NCBI GenBank assembly: GCA_963695855.1
Contig: CAVOHZ010000003.1
Location: 96,001-160,000 of the forward strand
Direction of reading: 5' to 3'
DNA length: 64,000 nucleotides
Source: an uncultured Nitrososphaerales archaeon
GTDB lineage: Archaea > Thermoproteota > Nitrososphaeria > Nitrososphaerales > Nitrososphaeraceae
Part shown: positions 19,874 through 29,911 of the stretch, piece after piece
Position numbering within the stretch: position 1 is the stretch's first letter
How the letters are laid out: each line of letters begins with the position of its first letter
The notes under the pieces: model-generated
Databases searched by the model: none
Told to the model about the DNA's origin: nothing
The model's input: only the letters and a program-made list of their open reading frames with translations
Made by a program: the position numbers and the translations under genes

Positions 19874-21601
19874 TTGGAATTTGATGATGATACCTTCAAT
19901 AAAATAAAAATCATCATCTTGAAAAATGCCGTAGAATACCAAGAAGCTAGACTTGATGCCGTTATTTCAAAGATAATAGCTATGGATCCGGATTTCAAAA
20001 AAGAAATAAAAAAAATAATTCCAAAAATAAAAGAAGAGATTGACAAAGTAAACGAGTTACCGAAAAAAAGTCAAATAGAATTACTAAAAGAAATGGATCC
20101 GACTTATGGACATAAAAAAATAGATTCGAAGGATAAAAAAGAGTTTAATCTCCCTAGATTAAACAATGCCATAGAAGGTTTCGTTGTAACGAGATTCCCA
20201 CCAGAACCAAATGGATATCCCCATATTGGACATGCAAAAGCAGCAATAATTGACGAAGAATATGCAAGACATTATAAAGGTAAATTTATTTTGAGATTTG
20301 ATGATACTAATCCATTAAATGAGAAGATAGAATATTATGATGCGATATTAGAGGGTATAAAATGGCTGAAGATCAATCCAGATATAATCAAGAATACGTC
20401 TGACGATATTAATTTGTTACATAAATATGGAAAAGAAATAATAAAATCGGACGGAGCCTACATATGTACCTGTAGACCAGAGACAATTCATAAATTGAGA
20501 GCAAATGGAATCCAATGCAAATGCAGGAAGGATTTGTCTATCACTTTAGAAAATATGGATAAAATTTTTGATGGGTATTTTCATACAAACGATGCTATTA
20601 TTAGATTCAAAGGAGATATGTCTGGAAAAAATACAGCAATGAGAGATCCAACATTATTCAGAATAATTGAAAAAGAACATCCAAAACTAGGAAATAAGAT
20701 ATTGCTTTGGCCTACTTACGATTTTGCTGTACCCATTGAAGATAGTTTGGATGGTGTAACTCATGCATTTAGAACTAAAGAATATGAATTAAGAAATGAA
20801 TTGTATCGCACGATCTTAAAGATCCTCAAATTGAGGATACCAGAAGTAATAGAATTTTCCAGATTGGAGTTTGAAGGATTACCCGTCTCAAAGAGAAAAA
20901 TAAAACCACTAATAGAAAATTCCGTTATCAAAGGTTGGGACGATCCTAGGTTACCAACTTTAATTGCATTTAAAAAAAGAGGATTTACACCTGAGGCAAT
21001 TAGACAATTTGTAATATCACTTGGATTGACCCTGTCAGAGACAAAGCCTTCGATGGAGATCCTTGAATCATTTAATAGGAAAATAATAGAACATGAATCA
21101 AAAAGACTTTTTTTTGTAAATGAACCTTTTAAAATTACTTTAAAAAACTGCCCTCCCCTAGATGTTAAAATAAAGAACCATCCATCTTTGAATATGGGTA
21201 CAAGAAATGTTTCAGTTAAGGATATCTTATATATATCTTCGGTAGATGCCAAAAAGCTAAATATTGGAAGTGAACTTCGCCTGATAGAGCTATATAATAT
21301 AGTTATTAAAGAAATAAACTTTGAAGAAAAAGAGGCTTTGGCTGAATGCACCGGAAAAATATTGAGAAATGATATTCCAAAAATTCAATGGGTATCTAAT
21401 GAAGGTTTTGTTGAATATAGAATTATTAAACCTAATGTATTGTTCATTAACGAAAAATTTAATCCTGAGAGTCTTAAAATTTTGCGTGGATTCGCAGAAT
21501 CTTTTGTGTCTACCTTATCAAAAGATACAAGGATCCAGTTTATAAGAGAAGGATTTTGTAGAATAGAAGACAGCAATACCTCAATATTCACACATAAATA
21601 G
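19874..21601 (+). CDS. gltX: Glutamate--tRNA ligase, archaeal type
   Basis: TRFPPEPNGYPHIGH, RFDDTNP, VSKR, GWDDPRLPT. Confidence 0.96.
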   Translation: MEFDDDTFNKIKIIILKNAVEYQEARLDAVISKIIAMDPDFKKEIKKIIPKIKEEIDKVNELPKKSQIELLKEMDPTYGHKKIDSKDKKEFNLPRLNNAIEGFVVTRFPPEPNGYPHIGHAKAAIIDEEYARHYKGKFILRFDDTNPLNEKIEYYDAILEGIKWLKINPDIIKNTSDDINLLHKYGKEIIKSDGAYICTCRPETIHKLRANGIQCKCRKDLSITLENMDKIFDGYFHTNDAIIRFKGDMSGKNTAMRDPTLFRIIEKEHPKLGNKILLWPTYDFAVPIEDSLDGVTHAFRTKEYELRNELYRTILKILKLRIPEVIEFSRLEFEGLPVSKRKIKPLIENSVIKGWDDPRLPTLIAFKKRGFTPEAIRQFVISLGLTLSETKPSMEILESFNRKIIEHESKRLFFVNEPFKITLKNCPPLDVKIKNHPSLNMGTRNVSVKDILYISSVDAKKLNIGSELRLIELYNIVIKEINFEEKEALAECTGKILRNDIPKIQWVSNEGFVEYRIIKPNVLFINEKFNPESLKILRGFAESFVSTLSKDTRIQFIREGFCRIEDSNTSIFTHK

Positions 21602-21609
21602 GTGGAAAA

Positions 21610-22494
21610 ATGAAAATCGCTAGAATAAAAAACGATAAATTTGGAGAAACTTATGGAGTGGTGTCACAAGACTTGAATAAAGTAATTACAAAAACAGAGA
21701 TACAAGAACAAACAGGGGTACCTATACCGCAAAACATAAAGGATTTCATATTTGGAAATTGGATTTATGAATTAAAAAAATATGAAAGTAAATTAGTTTT
21801 TTCATTAAATATAAAAGATGTGGAATTACTCGCACCACTGCCAAACCCCAGTAAAATTATTTGTCTTGCGTTTAATTACTATGATCATGCCCAAGATGCA
21901 GGACTAACTCCCTCTCAAGAACCAGTAATTTTTATAAAGCCAAGAACTGCCTTAAACAACCCATTTAACGATATTCGTTGTCCTGCAAATGTGCAAAGAC
22001 TTGATTATGAAGCCGAAATAGCTGTAATAATCGGTAAAAAAATAAAAAATATTTCGGAAGAAGATGCAATGAACTCAATATTTGGATATATGATATTTCA
22101 TGATGTATCTGCAAGGGATATTCAATTTAAAGATAAACAATTTACCAGGGGAAAGAGCATAGACACTTTTGCTCCCTGTGGTCCTTGGATTACTACTGTA
22201 GAGGAAGTTGAGGATCCTCAGAGTTTGAGAATAATTACAAAGGTGAACGATGAGATCCGCCAGAATTCTTCTAGTAGTAAAATGGTTATACCAATAAAGA
22301 AGATCATTTCTAGTTTAAGTCAATTAATGACCATAGAAGCAGGTGATATCATTTCAACAGGAACTCCTGCAGGAGTTGCAATGTCCATGAATAATCCAAA
22401 ATATCTGAAAGATGGGGATGTTGTAGAGATAAATATTGAAACATTAGGAAAGATTAGAAATAAAGTTGTTTTTGTAGAAAAGGTCAATTTGTAA
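21610..22494 (+). CDS. Fumarylacetoacetate hydrolase family protein
   Basis: DYEAEIAV, DVSARD, GKSIDTF, GDIISTGTPAGV. Confidence 0.92.
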   Translation: MKIARIKNDKFGETYGVVSQDLNKVITKTEIQEQTGVPIPQNIKDFIFGNWIYELKKYESKLVFSLNIKDVELLAPLPNPSKIICLAFNYYDHAQDAGLTPSQEPVIFIKPRTALNNPFNDIRCPANVQRLDYEAEIAVIIGKKIKNISEEDAMNSIFGYMIFHDVSARDIQFKDKQFTRGKSIDTFAPCGPWITTVEEVEDPQSLRIITKVNDEIRQNSSSSKMVIPIKKIISSLSQLMTIEAGDIISTGTPAGVAMSMNNPKYLKDGDVVEINIETLGKIRNKVVFVEKVNL

Positions 22495-22806
22495 TCATAG
22501 ATCAGTTCGTTGATACTTTTCAACTATTCTATTCAGTTTAACAATTTTGGATTCCAACTCTTTAGAATAATATTCATAACATTTTATTAATTCTCCTCGT
22601 ACATTAGACAACTGAATAGTAATGTTTAAGGCGTCTAAACAAGATTCGATAGACCGTTCTGTAGCAAAGACATTCATTTTACTATTAAATTGATCGATAA
22701 GTTTTTTTTGTTCGATTTTTTGCTCGTTTATTGTATTCGCTAGATCTTTATTATCATCAAAATTTCTTGCATTTCTAATATTTGACCAATTTACCATTGT
22801 ATTCAA
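22495..22806 (-). CDS. Hypothetical coiled-coil protein
   Basis: About 100-aa helical ORF filling the gap between neighbours. Confidence 0.65.
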   Translation of the reverse strand: MNTMVNWSNIRNARNFDDNKDLANTINEQKIEQKKLIDQFNSKMNVFATERSIESCLDALNITIQLSNVRGELIKCYEYYSKELESKIVKLNRIVEKYQRTDL

Positions 22807-22915
22807 TTTTATCGAAGAATATCAATATTTGTGTTTTGCAAAAAAAATCCTTCTAATTTTGATAAATGTAGAATAACATATATAAAGACTAGAAAGAATA
22901 TTCACGATAGTTGTA

Positions 22916-23758
22916 ATGGTAGTCGAAAATATAGCAACAGTATCTTATATTAGGGTTTTAAAAGAGGATCTTTGTATTTTACGTATAAAAACAAACGATG
23001 GTGTTATTCCGGATTTTAAGGCGGGTCAGTTTATAACACTTTCGCATATGAATCCATGGGAAGGAAAAATTGTGAGGAGGGCGTATTCTATTGCCTCTCC
23101 ACCTGAACAAAAAAAATATATTGAATTACTCATAAGATGGGTTCGTAAACCATTACCAGGTCGACTAACTACTCTATTATTTAATAAAAGAGAAGGTGAG
23201 GAAATTGGTTGGATAAAGCCAACCGGAGCATTTACAATAGATGAGAAAAGGCATGATGGATCACCTGATAATAGAAGACTTGTTTTGATTGGTGGTGGAA
23301 CAGGTTTGGCCCCCTTCATCTCTTACACCCTTCACCTAAAAGCTGTAGGAAGTAAAAGGGAAGTAGTTGTATTGCATGGAGCTAGTTTTGTTGACGAGTT
23401 AAGTTATAGGGAATTACTTAGTGATTTGGAAGAAGAAAGCTTAGACAAAGGAAAAGATAACTGGAATTTTAGATATCGTGCAAGCATAAGTAGACCCCAA
23501 GAAGGTTTCAATAGATCATGGGGAGGACAAAAGGGAAGAGTAGAGTCATTCTTAAAACCATATCCAGGCACTGACAGGTCACCTCTTGAGAAGTTAGTAG
23601 GTGAAAAAGTAACTTCTGAAAATACTTCATTTTATGTTTGCGGTTGGCAAGGTACTGTAGATGGAGTTCTTGATTATCTGGGTCCAAAAGGGTTTGTAAC
23701 TGAGAGAAACAAAAGACCGGACGGAAATTACGACATTAAATTTGAATCATATGGTTAA
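22916..23758 (+). CDS. Ferredoxin--NAD(P)+ reductase family FAD-binding oxidoreductase
   Basis: AGQF, RAYSIAS (FAD), GGGTGLAPF (NAD(P)), YVCG, C-terminal ESYG. Confidence 0.9.
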   Translation: MVVENIATVSYIRVLKEDLCILRIKTNDGVIPDFKAGQFITLSHMNPWEGKIVRRAYSIASPPEQKKYIELLIRWVRKPLPGRLTTLLFNKREGEEIGWIKPTGAFTIDEKRHDGSPDNRRLVLIGGGTGLAPFISYTLHLKAVGSKREVVVLHGASFVDELSYRELLSDLEEESLDKGKDNWNFRYRASISRPQEGFNRSWGGQKGRVESFLKPYPGTDRSPLEKLVGEKVTSENTSFYVCGWQGTVDGVLDYLGPKGFVTERNKRPDGNYDIKFESYG

Positions 23759-23775
23759 TTTTTTTATTTTTTGGT

Positions 23776-24114
23776 TTGTTTGAAATGAGGTTTGAATACG
23801 AAGAATTTGTATCAGTAGATGACTTACTACTTTATATGGCTTCTATTGCACCGTATATGAAACAATTGCTTCCAATTATATGTTATAAAGGTTATATTTT
23901 TTCGATACTGCCAATATCACAATTGTCAACAGAACATTTAATGATGGTTTATACTAAGGAAGGAATCCAAGGAAATATACTAGAATTTGATATTTCCTCT
24001 AGAACACACAAGCTGGTCCAATCTGTAGAAAGAGCGGACAAAAATTATTTTGTTATAATAAGACCCAGGTTTTCAACGTTAGCTGATAAAGCAATAGAGA
24101 ATTTAGAGAACTAA
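23776..24114 (+). CDS. Hypothetical protein
   Basis: 112-aa ORF co-oriented with the FNR gene. Confidence 0.7.
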   Translation: MFEMRFEYEEFVSVDDLLLYMASIAPYMKQLLPIICYKGYIFSILPISQLSTEHLMMVYTKEGIQGNILEFDISSRTHKLVQSVERADKNYFVIIRPRFSTLADKAIENLEN

Positions 24115-24170
24115 AAGATATTTTTTCGATTTCAATTATTTTATTAGTATTTTATTTCATTTATTTGCGG

Positions 24171-25770
24171 CTATAATTTTGGTGGCATTGCAGCTGTTAC
24201 AGAACGAGCTCTAGAATAACTTGCGATAATATCTTCAGGTAATGTTCCATTAAAAAGAATCCTTAGAGAGACCTCTAAGATATTTCATTATAGCCCAAGT
24301 TCCAAACTTGATAAGCCCTGCCATAAATAATTTCATTGGTGGACCATAGGATTTATTTCGTATGATAATTGGAATAATATCATTAATAACTCTAAGATTA
24401 TGTTCCCAACATTTCCAGAATAATGTAAATTGTGCCTCATTAAGATTACCAAAATGCATGGAATTCTTTTCTGAAAAATCTTGATACAACAATGGGGCAA
24501 CCAAACCTCTCATGTTCATTTGTTTAAAGTCATCTATCAAGTCAATAGTATACTGGGTTTCATCAGGAGTTTCGTCTGGCCAACCTATAATTAGAGTCAA
24601 TGCAGGAAACCAATGGTTCTCATTCAAAATTTTACATCCCTCTCTTACCACAGATCCCCATTCTTCAGGTTGAAAGGGTTTAGTTTTTACACCTAAATGT
24701 TTCTTAACCATTCTAGGCGCCACTGTTTCTATACCAAGATTAGTAGCTAACCATCTGCCATTAGAATCCATATCATTAATACTAGAAAGCTTCTTTATTA
24801 AATTAGGAGAAGAAGATACGGCTGAAAGTGTCATGTGAGTCGTACCAATAAAATTTGCACCTACAGATTTAAGGCCTGTCCATAAATTTATTATTGCATC
24901 GCCATTAGGAATGAAATCTTTATTATCGCATCCGTATAATAACATCTCATCTGACTGAAGCCAAATTGAATCGAATCCATAGTTAAGATTAATCTTTGCT
25001 TCCTCCTGTAGTCTATTAAGAGGTATATCTTTTTTTGATCTCTTATTAACGTCGCAAAAATCACATCCTCTTCCACATCCTCTCATAGCCTCAATAAGAG
25101 AATTAATCGTAGGTCCGTTAATTTTTGGAATATTTTCGATATTGCGAACAAAGGTATGCAATAATTCTGGTGCTTCTCCTTGCTCTAAATCATGAAAAAG
25201 GTCCAAAGCAAGTTCATCAGCCTCGCCTATGACAACAGTATCTATTCCATGAATATTCATCCGGTCAGGTTTGGCTAACTCCCAAGCACCGTTGCCACCA
25301 ACAACGACTTTAAAATTATATTTCTTTTTGAGCTGAATTATTGAAGCACACATCTTTTTGAATTTCATTGCAACATAAGATAGTTTTTCTGGAGACATTG
25401 TTGTCGTTACTGGGGCCATTCCTAACGGATCCATCACATTAATACCAACAACTTTGGTATGGGGCCCTATACATTTATTTAACATATCAGGATGAGCAAG
25501 AAATACATCATTACGATCATATTCTTGTAATAAAGCACCTTCAATGCGCCTTAATCCACATTGGGCAACCTTCACCTGACCAGTAATTTTATCCGTTTCA
25601 ACACTAGGACAAAAGAGTTTATCAAACACAAACTCCGGCACCAACTCATAAGGACCACATGCAATGAAGCCATACAGAAAATTACCCCTATAATTAGTCA
25701 TTAAACTTCTATCAGCTGTTAGAACTATCCGTTTACCTGAAAATGTCAATACAGTAGCCTCGTAACACAT
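24171..25770 (-). CDS. Radical SAM protein, probable GDGT ring synthase (Grs family); C-terminus split by one extra base near 24258
   Basis: CGRGCDFC (CxxxCxxC), N-terminal IVLTADR...IAC.PY.LVP resembling GrsA/B as recalled, B12-domain-like VVVGG...GE; removing one T gives ...SKDLFNGTLPEDIIASYSRARSVTAAMPPKL* ending 24171; alternative TTG start 25749. Confidence 0.75.
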
Positions 25771-25831
25771 GCTCTTTGAATCATATATAAATTTATTATC
25801 ATAAACTTACGAGTATATCGTGTAGGATCTT

Positions 25832-26254
25832 TTAGTAAAATCCTCTTTCATGACCCATAAGCATAATTGATTTCAACTGCTTTCTATTCAAATAATTGAG
25901 AGCATCATAGAAATTGGTCCATATATAATCATCATGTTCGTTGGAAAGAATAATTTCACGTATATTTGTAGTTGCATAATAGAAACTTACCTCTTTTCTT
26001 GATTTTATTCCTTCTCCTTTAAAAAAAGAATAGCGTATTCGTCCTATGAAGGATAAAATATTAAGAGAATTAATACCTGTCTCTTCTAATACTTCTCTAA
26101 ATAGTGTTTGAATTTCTGTTTCGCCGTCTTCTTTATGACCTTGTGGAAATCCCCAGTAACCTCTACGGTTTCGCAGTAGAAGAAATTCTGGATCCTTTTT
26201 ACTTAATGGTGTTTGATATTTTATGACTGCACCAACAGATTTTTCTATATTCAC
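25832..26254 (-). CDS. NUDIX hydrolase (Ap4A hydrolase-like)
   Basis: Nudix box GHKEDGETEIQTLFREVLEETGI; LSNEH; real start GTG 26254 because the longer track ORF runs through the tRNA. Confidence 0.88.
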   Translation of the reverse strand: MNIEKSVGAVIKYQTPLSKKDPEFLLLRNRRGYWGFPQGHKEDGETEIQTLFREVLEETGINSLNILSFIGRIRYSFFKGEGIKSRKEVSFYYATTNIREIILSNEHDDYIWTNFYDALNYLNRKQLKSIMLMGHERGFY

Positions 26255-26338
26255 ACTACGATAGTTTTTATAAAATAGAATTATAATATTGTTTCTTAAA
26301 AATATTAATATCCAATTAATTTCATTATTTTTTATATA

Positions 26339-26412
26339 GGGCCGGTCGTCTAGTCCGGTAGGATACGGCATTGGCATTGCTGAGATCGTGGGTTCAAATC
26401 CCACCCGGTCCA
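26339..26412 (+). tRNA. tRNA-Ala(GGC)
   Basis: GGGCCGG/CCGGTCC-A acceptor stem with G3:U70, anticodon arm CGGCA-TT-GGC-AT-TGCTG, GGTTCAAATCC T-arm. Confidence 0.95.
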
Positions 26413-26458
26413 TATAATTCAAATAATACAAAGTATTTATCTCATCAGACCGAAATAA

Positions 26459-27160
26459 TTGTATTTTGTTAACTGGGAGAGAGATATTGAAAAAATCAAA
26501 ATTGGACAAAAAGTTTTTGTCATAAAGAAAAATAAACGATTTAAAACAATGAGGGATTTTATACTAATATTTATTTTTACAGCGATATCTCTTATCTCTT
26601 GTCATCCTTCTTCACCTCCACCAATTGGAAAAAAAAAAATAGAAAATGAAGGTTTCAAAAATAGAGAGAAATTAGAATTAATAGGAATTAAAACTCCAAG
26701 ACTTATTTTCATTTCAAGTAAAGAAATAATAGAGGAATATATTGAATATGGAAATCTTTATGAATATTTAGTAAAACACGATGATATTGATATTGCTAGC
26801 AAAGCCGGAATGATAACAGGTATATTACATAATTCAGGTTATACATTTACTGATAATAAGAGTCAAAATTTTTTAGTGTCAAAAGATAAAGATCTCATTA
26901 GAATAGATCTCGGTCTAATGCAAGCGAATATTTCATTATTCGCAAAAAGTATGGATATAGGCACATTTTTAGGAAGCGTTCTCGACTTAGAATCGAAGAA
27001 ATATCACGAGATCGAACGAGAGTATTTAAATGGGTATATTAAAACAACAGGCAGTGTTATTCCCTACTTGTCAGTAATTTTAAGAAATGTCCTAGCTTTG
27101 AGTTTTGTAAATGATCATAACAAGATGATGAAAAACATGACCAAGAAATATAATAGCTAG
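26459..27160 (+). CDS. Atypical protein-kinase-like protein (Bud32/RIO/Kdo-WaaP-like fold)
   Basis: FVIKK beta3 Lys, E in helix C, EEYIE hinge, LH...DNKSQNFLV catalytic loop, IDLG. Confidence 0.7.
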   Translation: MYFVNWERDIEKIKIGQKVFVIKKNKRFKTMRDFILIFIFTAISLISCHPSSPPPIGKKKIENEGFKNREKLELIGIKTPRLIFISSKEIIEEYIEYGNLYEYLVKHDDIDIASKAGMITGILHNSGYTFTDNKSQNFLVSKDKDLIRIDLGLMQANISLFAKSMDIGTFLGSVLDLESKKYHEIEREYLNGYIKTTGSVIPYLSVILRNVLALSFVNDHNKMMKNMTKKYNS

Positions 27161-27540
27161 ATAGGAGGAAGTTCTTGTCTTTTGTCGAATCCACCAGATC
27201 CAAATTTACAGTAAAAACATTGATCTGATTGCATATAAGGTATTCTTTGAATAACAATGGCACCTAGTTTTAATGCAAACTTCGTCATTATTCTATGTTT
27301 AAAGGGCATCGAGGGAATGACTTCCTTAAAATAAACATCATAATGATCTGGGCAAAATTTTAAAGTAATTTGTGCACGTGGTTTATTTTGAGATTTAGAC
27401 TCGTTAATTGTTCTGGTGAGTTGTATTTGTTCTCTTATATACTCATGTTTTGGGCAAGGACAATCTTTTCCTAACGGATGTTTATATGCCGGAGTATTTT
27501 TCCAATCGAATTCGGGAAAATTCTTATCAAAATCATCCAT
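27157..27540 (-). CDS. Cys/His-rich hypothetical protein
   Basis: Start MDDFDK (TATA about 25-30 nt upstream); CPCPKH, FCPDH, CFYC. Confidence 0.75.
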   Translation of the reverse strand: MDDFDKNFPEFDWKNTPAYKHPLGKDCPCPKHEYIREQIQLTRTINESKSQNKPRAQITLKFCPDHYDVYFKEVIPSMPFKHRIMTKFALKLGAIVIQRIPYMQSDQCFYCKFGSGGFDKRQELPPI

Positions 27541-27578
27541 TCTTCTCTGATATATTAGAAGTAATATCATATAAATTG

Positions 27579-27602
27579 TGGGATGTAAAATTGGGATGTA
27601 AA
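27579..27602. repeat. Direct repeat TGGGATGTAAA x2 (13-bp period) in a divergent promoter region
   Basis: Copies at 27579-27589 and 27592-27602. Confidence 0.7.
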
Positions 27603-27668
27603 TATTAATATCTAATCTGATTATAAAAATATATATATTTTTGATAATTTATAAAAAGTAAAAGCGGC

Positions 27669-28658
27669 GTGAATAGAACGGAACAGAGTAATGTCAATAG
27701 CAGAGAAGATAATTCAAGGAAGAATGATCAAGAACAAAATCTTATTTCTCTCAATTTGAATCTAAATACATTAATAGACTTTAAGAATTCGTTAATAGAA
27801 GAACAGAAGAATGGAGAAACGAAGATCCAGGAAATAAATGGGAAAATAGAAAAAACAAAAAAACAAGTTGACAAGGAAAGACAGTCACTCGAAGAGCTAA
27901 GAATAAGATTAAAGGAAATAAACGATGTAAAGGATGAAGAATTTCCCAAATTTATGGAACTTAAAGATCAGGTTATGAAAGCTAGAGATCAAATGAAGGT
28001 AATTGACGAAAAAACAGGTGTAAAAAATAGTAAAGAAAGAACAAACATCAAACAATTAACTAGAACTCTAGAACAACTTGAAAGAGACATACAAACAAAA
28101 AAATTGTCGAAAGATGAAGAGAGGAGATTAGTTGTCAAATCCAAAGAAATTGCTACAAAGCTTCATGCTTTGAAAGTAATACATAAAAAAGAAGATCAAT
28201 TTAGGATGATTTCAACTCAATACGGCAGTTTAAAGTCAAAAATCAATGACATTTTTGATAAAAAATCTGAATTTGGAAACAAAATCGGTGATCTGAAAAA
28301 GGTGTTAGACAATCTCTTGGACATACGTGAGAATTTGTACGAAGAAAGGAGAAAAATAATCAGAGCAATGAGAGAAAGTACCGCAAAATTAGAAATGGTT
28401 GATACTCAAATCAATGCAATAGAATTTAGAAAATCAAAAATTACTGCTGTAGGTAGCAAGAGAAGATTTAGAGATTTACGTGATAAGCCGTACGTAGGTT
28501 TACAATCACCTAAAGAAAGAACCAGAAGAAATAAAGAAAATATCCAGATATGGAATTCTATGAAAGAGCAGGCATTAAAGAAGATGTCTAGTGGAGAAAA
28601 ACTTACTTTTGACGAAATGAAGTTGATCTATAGTGATATGAATTCATCTGAACTGTAG
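27669..28658 (+). CDS. Archaeal coiled-coil protein (COG1340-like)
   Basis: Long heptad E/K-rich helices; LERDIQTKKLSKDEE; C-terminal GEKLTFDEM. Confidence 0.75.
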   Translation: MNRTEQSNVNSREDNSRKNDQEQNLISLNLNLNTLIDFKNSLIEEQKNGETKIQEINGKIEKTKKQVDKERQSLEELRIRLKEINDVKDEEFPKFMELKDQVMKARDQMKVIDEKTGVKNSKERTNIKQLTRTLEQLERDIQTKKLSKDEERRLVVKSKEIATKLHALKVIHKKEDQFRMISTQYGSLKSKINDIFDKKSEFGNKIGDLKKVLDNLLDIRENLYEERRKIIRAMRESTAKLEMVDTQINAIEFRKSKITAVGSKRRFRDLRDKPYVGLQSPKERTRRNKENIQIWNSMKEQALKKMSSGEKLTFDEMKLIYSDMNSSEL

Positions 28659-28735
28659 AAGATTTGTGTGACTTCATTTAGTTATCTTAATTTAATGTTT
28701 TAGATATTTATACAGTCATTGAAATGTAATAGTAA

Positions 28736-29911
28736 TTGAAAAATTTATACTTTACTCCGTACGGCGTGGGACTAGGACATGCTAGTCGTTTAATCATTAT
28801 AGCTGATAAATTTCAGGATGAAGAAATCAACGTAAAATTTTCTTCTTATGGGGAAGCTGTAGAATTTATTTCACGTTCTGGATATTACTGTTCAGATGTA
28901 CCTCCAGTTGAATTTTCATGGAATACTCAAGGGAGCTTTTCATTTAAAAATACTATTTCAAATATTCCTATATGGTTCACCAATTTTTCAATTCAGGTAA
29001 TAAGAGAAGTTGAAAATATGACTAAATTTTCACCACATCTAGTAGTATCTGACTCAAGATTATCTTCAATTATCTCTGCCAAACTATTAGGTATTCCTTC
29101 AATAGTAATATTAAATCAAATTAAACTGTTGCTATCTCCAAGATTACATTCTTTCAAGATTGCTCGATTATTTGAAGAGATCAACGCTGAATTTATGGGT
29201 ATCTTTTGGTCAATATCCGACGAAATACTTGTACCTGATTTACCTCCTCCATACACTATTTCAGAAAATAATACATGGAATACTGGTTCAGTAACAAAAA
29301 AAATCAAATATATTGGATTTATATCTCCTCCTTATAGAATTTCCGAAAACCAAATTACAAAAGCATTGAAATTACTTAATTTCTCGAAATCGAAACCTAT
29401 AATTTTTTTTCACATAAGCGGACCTCCCAAAACAAGAATTCCTATTGTTACTAAAATATTAAAAATGAAAGAATCATTTGATAGTAACCTTCAGTTCATC
29501 ATTTCAGAGGGTAAACCAAATGGTGAAGCGATTCCAAGAAAAATATCTGAAAATGGATGGTATTACGAATGGTGTCCAATTCGCGACGAACTTTTTGCAT
29601 TAAGTGATATTTTAGTGATAAGAGGAGGTCATACTGCAATTTCTCAAGCAATCCAATTTGGAAAGCCAATAATTTCAATACCGATTGAGAACCACGCAGA
29701 ACAAATAAATAATTCAGTTAAAATATCCAGAATTGGACTTGGTACTACACTAGATAATAATGAAATTACTCCAAAAAAAATTGTTGAATCCATTTATGAG
29801 ATATTAGATAATTCAAATTATTTGATGAAATCTAATGAAATAATGAATATAAGCAACAAATTAAATGGAGTTGAGAATGTTGTCGATATAGTTAGGTCGT
29901 ATATTAGATGA
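28736..29911 (+). CDS. Glycosyltransferase, GT28/MurG-like
   Basis: GVGLGHASR, RGGHTAISQA, PIENHAEQINNS. Confidence 0.88.
   Translation: MKNLYFTPYGVGLGHASRLIIIADKFQDEEINVKFSSYGEAVEFISRSGYYCSDVPPVEFSWNTQGSFSFKNTISNIPIWFTNFSIQVIREVENMTKFSPHLVVSDSRLSSIISAKLLGIPSIVILNQIKLLLSPRLHSFKIARLFEEINAEFMGIFWSISDEILVPDLPPPYTISENNTWNTGSVTKKIKYIGFISPPYRISENQITKALKLLNFSKSKPIIFFHISGPPKTRIPIVTKILKMKESFDSNLQFIISEGKPNGEAIPRKISENGWYYEWCPIRDELFALSDILVIRGGHTAISQAIQFGKPIISIPIENHAEQINNSVKISRIGLGTTLDNNEITPKKIVESIYEILDNSNYLMKSNEIMNISNKLNGVENVVDIVRSYIR

Noticed and set aside
12612-21601. rpoN-eno-rps2-MEMO1-mevalonate-gltX cluster as a novel system
   Set aside because: A well-known conserved archaeal gene neighbourhood
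26255-26509. N-terminal 85 aa of the track's NUDIX ORF
   Set aside because: Runs antisense through tRNA-Ala and its promoter; the real start is probably GTG 26254
26339-27570. Integrated element at tRNA-Ala (also checked at tRNA-Leu)
   Set aside because: No integrase and no duplicated tRNA 3' end (att site) seen
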